Below are positions 39,750 through 51,855 of a DNA stretch of 64,000 nt, in pieces (positions within the stretch are counted from its first letter, which is position 1; each line of letters starts with the position of its first letter). A program made the position numbers and the translations under genes. The DNA comes from Rhizodiscina lignyota (taxonomy: Eukaryota): positions 1,116,001 through 1,180,000 of the forward strand of contig ML978126.1 in the NCBI GenBank assembly GCA_010015805.1, written 5' to 3'. Below the pieces are notes generated by a model. That model worked only from the letters and a program-made list of their open reading frames with translations, did not search any database and had not been told where the DNA came from.

Positions 39750-40812
39750 ATGGCGTCAACCGGTACAAACGGCGCCCGTTATAACCCTAAGCCTGCCGCG
39801 GCCAGACTGCGAGAGATGCTAGCAAGACCAGACAGCTTGGTAGCATGCCCGGGGGTTTACGATGGCCTGAGTGCACGTATTATGTTGAGAGAAGGCTTCG
39901 ATTGTCTCTATATGGCATGTCCCAATCCGTTTCAGCCAACAAGAGCCTGTGCTGATAGTGAGAAAGACTGGAGCAGGAACCGCGGCGTCCAAATTGGGAA
40001 TGCCAGACTTGGGCATCATTACATTGAATGATATCCTTGAGAACGCATCTATGATTGCATCCCTTGATCGAACTGTGCCTGTTATTGCAGATGCAGATAC
40101 TGGATATGGCGGGTACGATCCATTTAGTGAAACTGCATTGACAGAAGTCCACTAATTGGCATCATATAGTCCAATCATGGTCGCTCGAACTGTTAAATCG
40201 TATATTCAAGCCGGCGTCGCTGGTCTGCACATTGAAGACCAAGTCCAATCGAAGAGATGCGGCCATCTCGCGGGCAAAGAGCTTGTCGATCCGGAGACTT
40301 ATTATGCGCGTATCCGAGCAGCTGTACTAGGAAGAGAGGAGATGCGCTCCACGACAGGTGGAGATATTGTCATTATAGCACGTACTGACTCGTTACAATC
40401 GCTCGGCTACGAAGAGGCACTACTCCGACTGAAGAAGTGCATAGAGATCGGCGCGGACGTGGCATTCCTTGAGGGTCCAACGAGTCTGGAGCAGATGAAG
40501 CAGGCATGCCAAGAGCTCGCTCCCGCCCCAGTGCTCTTGAATGCGGTACCTGGCGGTGTCACGCCTCACGTCTCGCAGGAGGAGGCAAAGAAGCTTGGAT
40601 ACAAGATAATGATCTATCCCGCGATATCGTTCGAAGCGGCGTATCAAGCTATATGGGATTCAGCGAAGGAGTTGAAACAGACGAAAGATATTATCATTAC
40701 AGAGCGACAAAAGAAGGAAGGCGTGAAGGCAGTCTTTGGAGTCTGCGGATTGATGGATTGTGTAGAGTTTGACAAGAAAGCAGGAGGTCAATCGTACAAT
40801 AAAGGTGTATAG
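39750..40812 (+). CDS. Isocitrate lyase/PEP mutase superfamily lyase, 2,3-dimethylmalate-lyase type
   Basis: PGVYDGLSAR, YMTGAG (spliced), DADTGYGG, HIEDQ..KRCGH, IIARTD, FLEG and MIYP; introns 39915-39966 and ~40093-40169. Confidence 0.93.
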
Positions 40813-42411
40813 AGCGTAGAAGCAGAAATGGTGCAGCCTGAGCAACACTTTGAAAAGTGTTATATCGACTCACCTTCAAATTCTCTCCAAATCCTTTGAA
40901 GCCGCTATTAGGTATCAAAGAGTTCTAGTGCCGTAGCCAGGGTCCTCATATAGCTCTCCACGGTCATTGCGGGCATTCAATGTGCAATTTTCCTTCTTCA
41001 CTTTGCCGTATGTAAGAAACGCGTTGACGCGTCGAGTTCGGGTGAGCCCAGCCATTTATGGCATGAAAGCTTCATACAAAGTTGGAACCACTCTAAAATT
41101 AAAATGATCAACAGAAATCGCGTGTCTTCCTCAAAAGGAAAAGCAGAAGAAATCGAGGCTTGAAGTGGGTTGTGATATCCCCGAGCTCCTGACTCTTCGT
41201 ACGCGACGCTAACCTTCACCTCAATCAAGCTAACTCAGTTGGGCCAGCCCATCGAGAATTGGCCAAGCAGCAAAGGGTGTGGCGCCTCGTAGGGCTGAAT
41301 CTAAGTTATTACCTTTGTAGATCTTGCAGAGCCATTGTCGTCAATCGGGAGTAGAGACCGTGACAATATGAGGCACAAAGTGAGCACCAATGCCATCTTC
41401 ATAGTTACATCTCAATTTACCAGCTTTCTTTATTTCATTACATGAAGCAGAGGGATCCATTGATCAAAATGCTCAACCTGCGAGGGCCGCTCTTAAAACT
41501 GGTCGGGGCTTCCATTGGCCTTGCCTAAGAGTACAAAGCAGATTACAAGGAGGCAAGGAACTTGAGAAAGCCGATGAGGCATGTAAACCTGTTACAATAT
41601 CGTCCTCCTGCTCTGGGGACATCTCTCGTCTCGTCCCGACGAACACGATTCACACTACAGCGACGATGAGTCTGAGGACGGTGATGAATGGGCTATCAAT
41701 CTCGATAAAGCACGACAAGTTACGAAGAAGAGATACCAGAGGCGGCGCTGTTGATCTGTCCTGGACTGGATAACATGAACGAGCAGCAGAAAGAGAACAG
41801 AGCGAAACGATTCGGTCACTGATATGGCCGTCAAGCGTAGGCCAAGTTCAATGTGCAGCATCTAGATTCGAAGCTCGGAGGCGTCCCACGCACTCAAATC
41901 ACCCGGCTAGTGCTAGAGGGCTCTTATCAATTATTTCCGGCGGTAATTACAAACCCGTGGTCCATTATCAAGACTGAGGAGGCGCAGAAGTGATAGAGGG
42001 CCTCGGTTCGATGCCGGTCGGACGAGAAGGGAGGCAGCAGTACCGGAACAACCGACCATTGCGGAGGATACTAAAGCAAGATACCCTGTACTGGTAGTGA
42101 ATCTGCCAACCCAAGAAGAGATGGATAAGGTTATGGCACGGGTGGAAGCATCAAAGCATGAGGACTAAAAAAATTGATGGGTGAAACATAAGCCGATAAA
42201 ATTGCTGGTTCAACACGGCCGTGGCTAGTCAGGTCGAATAGCGTGGAAAAGGTTAGAATCGTATATTTGGTGATTCCAATAATTGTTATCCTCACTAAGA
42301 CAATAATAGTGAACAGATCTGTTACTTCCGTTGATAACAAGAATCGCGCGAACTGAGATGAACTCCAGAACACGGCGCCTCGGGGTTTATTTCCTTTTTG
42401 GGACTACCTCA

Positions 42412-43688
42412 TTAGAAGATATACAGTGGATGCTCCGGCAGCTGGTAGCTGGGGTCGTTGAAGCGGAGATTGCGATCTAGATCCGATATTGCCTGCAGTT
42501 CAGCATCCGACAGTTCGAAATCGGTTACCGCGAGATTCGACTTCAGACGGTCTGGGTTGTTCGATTTTGGAATGACCGCGATACCACTAAAAATTTCCCT
42601 TGTCAGCATTATCCTCAGGGTCCAGTAAATTGCCCAAACCTACTGCTGTACTGCCCATCTCAGCAAAATCTGTCCAGGATCCTTGCCGTGCGCCTTAGCC
42701 GCCTTCACAACTGGTTCCGCCTCAAACAGCGGTCCAGTGCTCTTCGCAACCTTGTTGAAATTTGTTGGCAGTTCGAGGAAGGACTGTGGGCCGTAAGATG
42801 AGTATGCCGTGACTGCTGTACCAATCTCCTTTGCACGTGCGATCACGTTCGGCTGCGTGAGGTATGGGTGGTGCTCGATCTGGAGAGCGGAGATGGGGTG
42901 GCGTGCGTAGCGGTAGACATCGTTCAGAAGCTGGACTTGGAAGTTCGATACACCGATGGATTTGGTGATACCTTCGTCGACGAGCGTCTCGAGCGCTTCC
43001 CAGGTTTCGCGTATAGGCACGTTGTCCTCCTTCACGATGGTTTGTGCTTCATCTTGCCACCAACCCTACGGTTTTGTTAGCCTCGAACGAAACCATGCTT
43101 TCCCACACAACAGTTAGAAGCATGGAATCTATGAGACATACTGGTGTTCGGATTTTCGCTGGATCGATGTAAGGAAGGGACACTGGAAAGTGGATGAGGT
43201 ACAGATCCAGGTAGCCCAATCCCCACGCATCATTCGAGACCTTGGCCATCTGCAGCGCATGCTCGCGCTTATGATAGTTATTCCATAGCTTGCTAGTGAT
43301 GAAGACGTCTTCTCGCTTCACCAGGCCGTCGTTGATCGCCCTCTGCACACCCTCGCCGCACTCCTTCTCGTTTCCGTAGTCGTATGCGCCATCGAAGAGA
43401 CGGTACCCAGCTTTAATAGCCTAACCATAGCCACAATTAGCTTGAAAGAATCTTGTAAGGGCTCCAGCAAAGACAATTGAGACTGAGACGAACGTTGTAG
43501 ACGGTATCCGCGGCATTCTCGTTCGGGACCTTCCATGTGCCGAAGCCCACCAGGGGCATCTCCCTGCCGGACGCTAACTTGATCGTCTTGCTCATAGCTG
43601 CTGTCCTCGTGAAGCTCCGGATTTGCTGTGATTGGAATGAACGAGCGAAAAGACCAATTCTCCTCTGCGCAACTTGAACACTCCGCAT
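42412..43688 (-). CDS. Aldo-keto reductase, D-xylose reductase-like (core starts at ATG 43595)
   Basis: [66 protein letters not shown] and LRFNDP; three introns. Confidence 0.93.
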
Positions 43689-45300
43689 TTCTGCTTCGAT
43701 GCTTCAGCCGGCTGGCTTTCTCTTAAATAGCAATGAGCGCCCAGTCGTCAAGTGATCTGCTTTGCTCGTAACAAACATCGCGCAAAGAGCCGCTCGAGTG
43801 AGTTAAAGTTCTCACAGGCATTAGCCTAAAATGCAAAATACCACTTGCAAAAGCTGGCGGCTGTTCAGGCTGATTTGCCCTCCGAGAGAACGATTGGCAA
43901 CTACGCACCAAAAGGCCCACCGGAGCAACCGGGCTGGGAGAGGGCTCCGAGAGCATCTCAGCACCACCCAAAAGTGGGACGTCGCGGTCCGCTAGGAACG
44001 AGATAGATGGGCGCGGAAATCTTATCTCACAAATTGGAGAAGCGGCATAATACGGAATAATTCAGCCGAGAGGTTCTGAGGCATCCTAGCCTCCATATGC
44101 ATCTGTTCATCTGACATACATGTGGACGACATCGTGAAAGGAGGAGACGATACAGCGGAGATATAAGGGGCGTCCGGAGACAACGTCCATTTTCAGCGCT
44201 GTGGCACTGGTTCCCCGCTGCTCCAGGAATTGTCTGGAAATGGCCACATTGACAGCCATGTGTGCGGCGTAGATGTTGATCAGCGAGAAAGAATTTGCCT
44301 CTCGGCTTTTCCGACATGGTTGTATATGTACAAAGAATCTATAGCCTAGATGTCACAGCTTCATGCCCTAAGGTGGCTAGATCAGAATGTGAAATGACCA
44401 CGGGCTCGATTTTGTGCAGTCTCTCCTTCAGTAACATGTTTAACGACATCATTCATATTCGATAGGTGGCTTGGTGGACATCAGACCGACCTCCATTATA
44501 GTTTCATGTTGCGCTTCATGCGTCCTTGGTTGAGACCGATAATGACGTTGAAGATGGATATACCCCTCGTGAGTACGAATACGGCATCACTATGATCGCC
44601 TTCTTCTTGTCCAATACAGTCAACACTGCGCTCAATCAGCATCGTACCGCCGTCGTAAGATTGGCCAGCTGCAATGGTCGAGACAGAAGCCAACGTAGTC
44701 GAGCTAGATGAAGCGGGAGGCTACCATCCGCAGCCGTAAACAAGGATGCGGCTGTGGTCACAAGAGTAGCATCAGCACTTGAGATTGGCGAGGGATCCGA
44801 GTCCTCATAACTATCTTAAGATGTAGATGCTGTCGGTGTCGTAGCAGAGCTAGAAAACAATGAAGGATCTACAGCTACGACCATTGCAGAACCAAAGCTT
44901 CACAGTTTGGCATGGACCACTGTGGAGAGAGAAGAGCGGGCAGCACCGCCCAAGGTAGAAGATCGAGCTTCATAGCTACAAAGACATGAGAATCTCTCCG
45001 AGGCAATAGTGAAAATAGAAGAGACGATGTCAAAGAAGAGAGAGGAAAGAAGTGTTATGTAGAAAAAGTAGAACGAATTGATCGAGTGCAGAAGGAAAAT
45101 ATTGTCGAGAGGCTAAGTTGGAGTGTACTCAACAACAGGTTAGATTATGAAATGAACGCGCGGAAGTCATCAATACCAAGAGTTCATTCTCATCTCCAGG
45201 TAAATATCGATATGTGAAAGAGGGTGCCTCGTGAGTTTGATCAGGACAACATTTCGAAAACAGCGAGTACCTATGTCTGAAAACGAAAAGAAGTCAACTA

Positions 45301-45461
45301 CAGAGGGTAACTGCGTCGGTTCGCATGCCTGCTAGCTTTAAGCCACACGCTTTGCCCAAACACAGTAATTTGGGCTGTATTTTTCAAGCCGAAACGTCCA
45401 GAACAGGTCAAGTAGATGGCTTTTCACTAGCAGGCATGCGAACCGACGCGGTTACCCTCTG
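45301..45461. mobile_element. 161-bp MITE of the Tc1/mariner type
   Basis: 35-bp TIRs at 45301-45335 and 45427-45461 with one mismatch, beginning CAGAGGG, flanked by TA at 45299-45300 and 45462-45463. Confidence 0.85.
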
Positions 45462-46308
45462 TATGAATTGAGCAACGGCTTGGTTTGCTGTTGGCAACGT
45501 CTCCATCACAGGCAGCCGAGATGGTAAAAAGCATGAGCCGACCGGCAGATGTGAAGAAAGGAAGAAAATCCCCCCCCCAAACGCCAAGCCTTGTTCTCCC
45601 CGAGATCTTGGCAAGCAATTTCGTGAACCTGCCTTCGCGGCGACGTTTCTCCTCATTTTTCTCCAGCGTTGCAAATACATAGTTGAAATGGAAATGTGAC
45701 TTTGGATCAAAGAATCATCTAGGGCTAAACGTAGATAGGGTAAGGCGTCACCTGTTGAGTCCACGCGCTCATAGATAGCAGCTGATAACGAGCAGATCGA
45801 ACCACCACGACCACGACCTCTCATTCCAATAGCGTCGAGATTCTCTTCTATGTGCAGTCTTGGGTCTTTCACAAACTCTCAGTCTCTCCTGGGACTGGTG
45901 AAAGAACTCGTTCTAGCCCTACTTGCACATAATCGCATCCATGTGATGCCGCCATCGAGCTGTCACTCGCCCTCCAGAGGATAGCACTTTCTGTATCAAC
46001 TCCATGGACCTTTGACCGACGATCGAATTGACACTCATGCTTGTCAAACATTCTATGCGATATTACGTCATGCCGTTTAAGTTTTTTCTCATGCGACACA
46101 CCAACAAGTACGTCGATGATGCAGTACGGAAGGCGTGGTCCCATTGCACTCCATCAATGTCGTCCCCTTCACATGTGATAAGACGCAGCTCTGGAACAAG
46201 AAAGATTCTATCGGCTACTAAATTTAAGGCTGACATTTTACCATTGCGGATATCGTAATCCATGTACATCCCGGACATATCGAAAAGTGCTTCCCCAAGT
46301 CATCTTCC

Positions 46309-47928
46309 TCAAACAGTGGCAGCTTTCGTCCTCATCAGCTCATCGAAATTCAAGACTGATTTTCCAAGTGCTAGTGCCCCCTCGGTACAATCATCCTTAT
46401 CGCTCCATTCTTTTGCAGTGTGACTAAGGCCGTCTTTGGCCCTTACAAACACCCTACGCAAAAATCAGCATACGGAAATGTGAGTAATGCTTTGCAAGGG
46501 AAGTGCTTACATGGCAGTAGGTACTAGGGTCGTCGTCATGGTCGAGTCATGACCCGTTCCGGTTCGAGACCCAATCCCCTTGTCACCACATGCCCTCTTC
46601 ACGCAGTCAATGGCTTCAGGCCAGAAGTCGCCCGGCAACAGATGGATGTCGCGCTTCATCTCAAGCTCCAAGCCGTGTAGTGCAGCAATGTCCTTGACAC
46701 GCTTTTCGATTGCTTGACCCATTGCTTCTTGAGCCACTCCGTCTTTGTTCATTAGACAGAATGATAACTTGGTGTTCGACTGGATGTTACAAGCGCCCCA
46801 TGGACCTGACAAGATGTTCGTCACGGTGGAATCGCCCTTATTCTCGAACGCAACTTTCTCCAGCTCGGTGATGACCTTTGCCGCTCCCAGTAGGGCATCC
46901 TTTCTCTTAGCCATCGGGTAAGTATTTGCATGGCCATCTTCACCTTTAAATTCCATGGAGTCTGGAGAAGAAATGTTAATGTGACTACGCAGGTTCAACT
47001 TATCCAATCGAATACTCACACCAAGTCATGCCCTGCCAACCCTCTACCCATCCGACTGGCTTGCCGGCTTTCTCTAGGTCAGAGGCTTGCTCACAGTGGA
47101 TCTCAAAGTGCGCGGAAATTGGAAACTCTTCGAAAGTATTCGGACCATCGCCAACGTAACCAATCCTGGCCAGCTCTGAGCCCATGGTGATTCCGGAATG
47201 GTCATTGGATAGCGATGCATGCGCTGCTTTGACCGTCGACTGGCCTGCGTACACAATGGATGACCCGAGCAATGGGAAGAATCGAGCGCCTTCCTCGTTC
47301 GTCCAGTTGATGAGTACGAGAGGTGCCCTAGTCTTGATACCTTGCTCTTTCATGCTGCGAAGTACTTCGAGGCCACCAATGACCTATTTTGGAATCGTCG
47401 TTAGCAAGCTGGACACTCTGGTGCCCTTGCTAAATGACTTACACCTAGAGGACCGTCAAATTTTCCTCCAGTGGCGACACTGTCCAAGTGGCTCCCCATG
47501 GCAATCGGCGGAATACTCATGTCTTCCCCTTTGATAAGGGCAAACTGAGTTCCTGTCGCATTGACCTTGTAGTCCGCGCCGAGCGCGAGTACTTGGTCGC
47601 GAAACCAGTCTCTGGCTTGCTTGTCGTAGTCCGTCGCGCAAAGACGCGTAAGACCACCCGGTGATGGTGCACTCCAGTGTGCTGTGTAATGAAGGTCATT
47701 CCTGGTAGAGATTCGGTCAACCATATGATCAGGTCACTTGAGCCACCTCACTTACCAAAGCCTGTCGCCATTCACCTTGAGTTTCTCAGCTAAAGGCGCA
47801 TTTGCTACGGTTGCATAGCTCTTCCTGCCAGCGACAACCGATATAGCATTCCTGCCAACGGGTGTATAGGTCGCTCGAAACGTCTTCACAGAGACCTGCC
47901 TGGCGAAGGAGTTCGTGAGAAGGCGCAT
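46309..47928 (-). CDS. M20-family N-carbamoyl amidohydrolase (beta-ureidopropionase / allantoate amidohydrolase / hydantoinase-carbamoylase family)
   Basis: LKVNGDRLW, GGLTRL, GSHLDSVATGGKFDGPLGV, NWTNEEGARF, FEIHCEQ, GHDS and GLSH; several introns; Arg-rich N-terminus. Confidence 0.92.
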
Positions 47929-48381
47929 TGTGGATTAGCACGCAAAGATTAATGTGCCTGAGGCCAATTCAAATCAACGACCAAATGTAAACAGCACCGA
48001 ACCCACTTCAACTTTTTTTTTCCAGCGAGCGGGGATTCATATTACCATCTGAGCTGCGAACCCTCATCTTGGCGTCTCCTCCTTCTCCACATCACAACAT
48101 GAGTCGTACTAATTAGATATGAATAGGGCCGACTCAAGACGTCGTGTTGCGACCCCTGCTCTCGACGTTTCTGGGACCACATCCGACCACTCGCTTACCT
48201 CCGTGCGACTCGGCGATGCGCGCCGATTGGCTGTCCCTCCATAGGAACAATCCCATTTCTAGCCTTCCGGGTTTTTCTGCCTCCCTTATTCCCAGAACGT
48301 TCAATGGGACTAAAATGTCAGGGTCTGATTGGCGGCGGATATGCGACGTCATGCTGCGGGAGTGGTTTCCCGGTACGTACC

Positions 48382-49148
48382 TTATCAGTGTTGAAGACTG
48401 GGTCTCAGGGTCTCTAACGCGTCGACTCCAACTCCAGATAACAAATGCCTCCACAACGCCCAATTCCAAAGAGGACTTCAATTAAATCAAATTTTCAGTG
48501 TTTACCTCAAAGACTTGTCTTACGATCACAAGAAGTATCCAACATCACCGATCCGAGACGGTCTTTCCACGTTTGTGAGGGAAATCACACACCCGGCCCT
48601 CCGCAACAGTCGAAACAGACGAAACAAACGTCGACTTTGCTCTTCTCCTCATCTCATCGCGTTCTGTCTATCTAAATTTCCTCTTTTGTCAAAAAATGCC
48701 GACCTTATCAGTTTCTCGGATTCTTTCTCAGTTTCTCTTGATCCAGTTCCAAGGATCTGGCAAGGCCGGAGTCTAAAGGCCCCATAAATCCTCTGCACGG
48801 CCCCCTGATTCCAAGTGTCGATCCTACACTCTTGATAAAGTGACCTGCTAAATTCGAGTGAGGAATTAGGAATGATATCGCGCAGCGCAGCCGTCATAGC
48901 GGCATATGCGGCACAAGCGCCAGACGGTGGATTGAACGGGCTCGAACGGACAACGTCACGACTTCATGCGATAGACTCTATCAACGCCCATCCCCCATGT
49001 ATGGCTCCATAGACGGATGAGTACAGCACCATTTAGCTGAATGGTTCACGAATCGAAACCCGAAGGTTTCTTATCTGTCTATTTGACAGGTGCTCCTGAT
49101 ATCCAGTCCTCGGCCCGACACTCTCATCTGCAGATTGTTTATTTATCT
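48382..49148. promoter_or_regulatory. HGATAR cluster (AreA/NIT2-type) in a divergent promoter
   Basis: Nine HGATAR sites at 48382, 48436, 48668, 48705, 48833, 48969, 48978, 49071 and 49143. Confidence 0.55.
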
Positions 49149-49239
49149 ACATGCTATTCGCGTGATTTTTGAAACATTGTGGTAGTGCTTCACTTACTTT
49201 CGTCCTCTCCTTGCAAACCGTAAACCGAAACTTCAAACC

Positions 49240-51682
49240 ATGGTCGAAGTTGCTCCAATCCTGCCGCAAGGCGCCGGGTAGGTCCAGTTCAGCTGCGCAA
49301 CGATGTCCGCCTTTGCTAATACTATCCATGTTATGCCAGGTACGGCGTGGTTGTTGGCATTGGAGGCTTTTTCTCCATCCTGATGATCGGGATCACTTAT
49401 TTTCAGAATAAATACACGAGATATTCCACCAAGGCGAGCGAAGAATTCAATACCGCGAGTCGTAGTGTCAAACCAGGCTTGATAGCCTGCGGTGTTGTTT
49501 CGGCGTGGACGTGGGCGGCGACATTGCTTCAGTCTAGCACAGTCGCGTATGAATATGGAATCTCAGGTCCATTTTGGTGTGCGTACTTCAAGTTCTGCGC
49601 TAGTTACATCTACTGATACGCGGACTTCAGATGCTGGTGGCGCGACTGTTCAAATCTTCATGTTCTCTGTTCTGGCAGTGAAGGTGAAGCAGTACGTGAT
49701 CTGGTCGCGCAAATTGGAATCTCGAGATATGCTGATGTGCACAACAGAAACGCGCCTATGTGCCACACGTTCCTAGAGATCGTGTATCGTCGATATGGGG
49801 CTGCCACGCATATCATCTTCGTGTGCTTTGCGCTAGCGACCAACATTCTTGTTGGTAGCCAATTGCTGTTGGGCGGTTCGGCCGTGGTCACATCTCTCAC
49901 AGGCATGAACGTGTATGCGGCGGTATTCCTCATCCCAACAGGTGTATGCACATATGTAGTGCTTGGTGGACTGAGGGCTACCTTCCTTTGTATGTTGGCC
50001 ATCGAGTATGAATTGATGACTCTCGGCTAATACTTTGAACCAGGCGATTATTCGCATACCATCATCGTCATGATCATTATTCTGTACTTCATGTATGGAC
50101 CAGTCTCTTTCCCTATCCACTGAAGAAGCTTACACGACAACAGGTTCAATGTGTACACGACCAATGACTTGATTGGTTCTCCCTCCCGCATGTGGGAGCT
50201 CTTGCAGCACGCATCGGACCTCCGCCCTGTCGAAGGCAATACCGCCGGATCTTATCTGACACTGAAGTCAAACGGCGGGCTCATTTTTGCTGTCATCCAG
50301 CTGTGCTCCGGCATGGGAACTGTCTTCCTGGATCAAGGCTATTGGCAGCGCGCAATTGCCAGCAGGCCGAAGACCGCCGTTCAAGGATATATTCTAGGCG
50401 GTTTTGCGTGGTTTGCCGTTCCTTTCGGCTTTGCCACAACCCTTGGGCTTGCTGCAGTTGCGTTGACCGATAATCCACGTTATCCAACTTACCCCGGTAA
50501 GCTTCCCCCGTCTTATGCGATAGATGTCCGAGTATCGCTGACTAGTTCCGCGCCAATTAGACAATATGACAGATCTACAAGTCTCCTCTGGCCTCGCCGC
50601 CGCATTTGGCGCAGAAACGTTGCTTGGAAAGCCTGGCTCCATAGCGTACTCCCCCCTCTTCTCCCTCATCGATGTAGCTACGATTCGTAACTAACCGGGC
50701 GCTAGATTGTTGATTACCCTCTTTATGGCAGTGACAAGTTCATCGTCCTCCGAACTCATTGCCGTATCGTCCATACTCACGTTTGAGTCAGTAAGCTCGC
50801 ATTTGTTGCCAGACCAGTTTCTGACATGGATATAGCATTTATAAGACGTACATCAAACCGAACGCGAGGCCAGATCAGCTTATATTCATCTCGCACGTCA
50901 TGATTTGTGTATTCGGGCTCGTCATGGCAGTCTTTGCGACCATTTGGAACGCCATCGGCATCAGTTTAGGCTGGTTATTTTTAGTAATGGGGTTGATAAT
51001 TGGAGGTGCTGTTTTTCCAGCCGCCTTCACCCTTACATGGAAGCGCCAAAGCAAATTAGCTGCGATTGTCGGTTGCCTCGGCGGTCTCGCAGCAGGCTTG
51101 ATTGCCTGGCTGGTCGAGGCAAAGGTATATTACGGCGAGCTAACGGTTGCAACAACCGGCGCGAATTATCCAACGCTTGCTGGCAACATGGCTGGTGTAT
51201 TGACGGGACTCATCCTCTCCGTCGTCATATCGTTCATCAAGCCCGACAATTTCGATTGGGCAGTGACGCGCTCGATTAACGTCACTACACCAACGGAGAC
51301 TCCCAGCCCGATGATGAGTGAAGAGGAGCACGCGAAGCAAGCGGAAGCAGGCGCAGCGCCACTCGAGCTGCCGACGATTCGTGACGAGGACGAAGAGATG
51401 CTAGAAGACGAGAAGGTGATCAAGGATCCGAAGAGCCTCCAAGGCATGTTTTGGACAGCGCTGGTGCTTTCAGCGGTGTTGTCATTCGTGATGGACTTCC
51501 TGATCCCCATGCCGATGTTCTTCACTCACTACGTCTTCTCTAAGCATTTCTTTTTGGGCTGGATAATCATCTCGTTCGGGTGGGTGTTTTGTAGTTTATT
51601 AATTTGTGGAATTTTGCCGATAGTGGAGACGAGGCGCTTCTGGAGGCAACTGTTCGGAGAAATGTTCATGAAGGCCAAATGA
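49240..51682 (+). CDS. DUR3: Sodium:solute symporter family urea/polyamine transporter, Dur3/UreA-like
   Basis: [66 protein letters not shown] and [10 protein letters not shown]; about nine introns. May be a paralogue rather than the orthologue. Confidence 0.9.
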
Positions 51683-51855
51683 AGGTAGACTCAGACAATA
51701 CCTCGGGATTCGGCAATGCAGCTTCAGACGCATTTAGGATAGCTATGATTAGTTAAGATCGCTATAAGGCTGAACAGAGAACTATATTGGTTGAATTTTA
51801 CGCCCGATACAATTGGTAAATCGAGAGACAAGACCCCTCATTCGAGCTTGCGAAA

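Noticed and set aside
42000..42030. GGTTCGATGCC T-loop-like motif
   Set aside because: No D-arm, anticodon arm or acceptor stem could be folded; not a tRNA.
27525..43688. BVMO, GT25, hydratase, lyase and AKR as one secondary-metabolite cluster
   Set aside because: There is no PKS, NRPS, terpene synthase or regulator, and the genes are separated by unrelated genes and relics.
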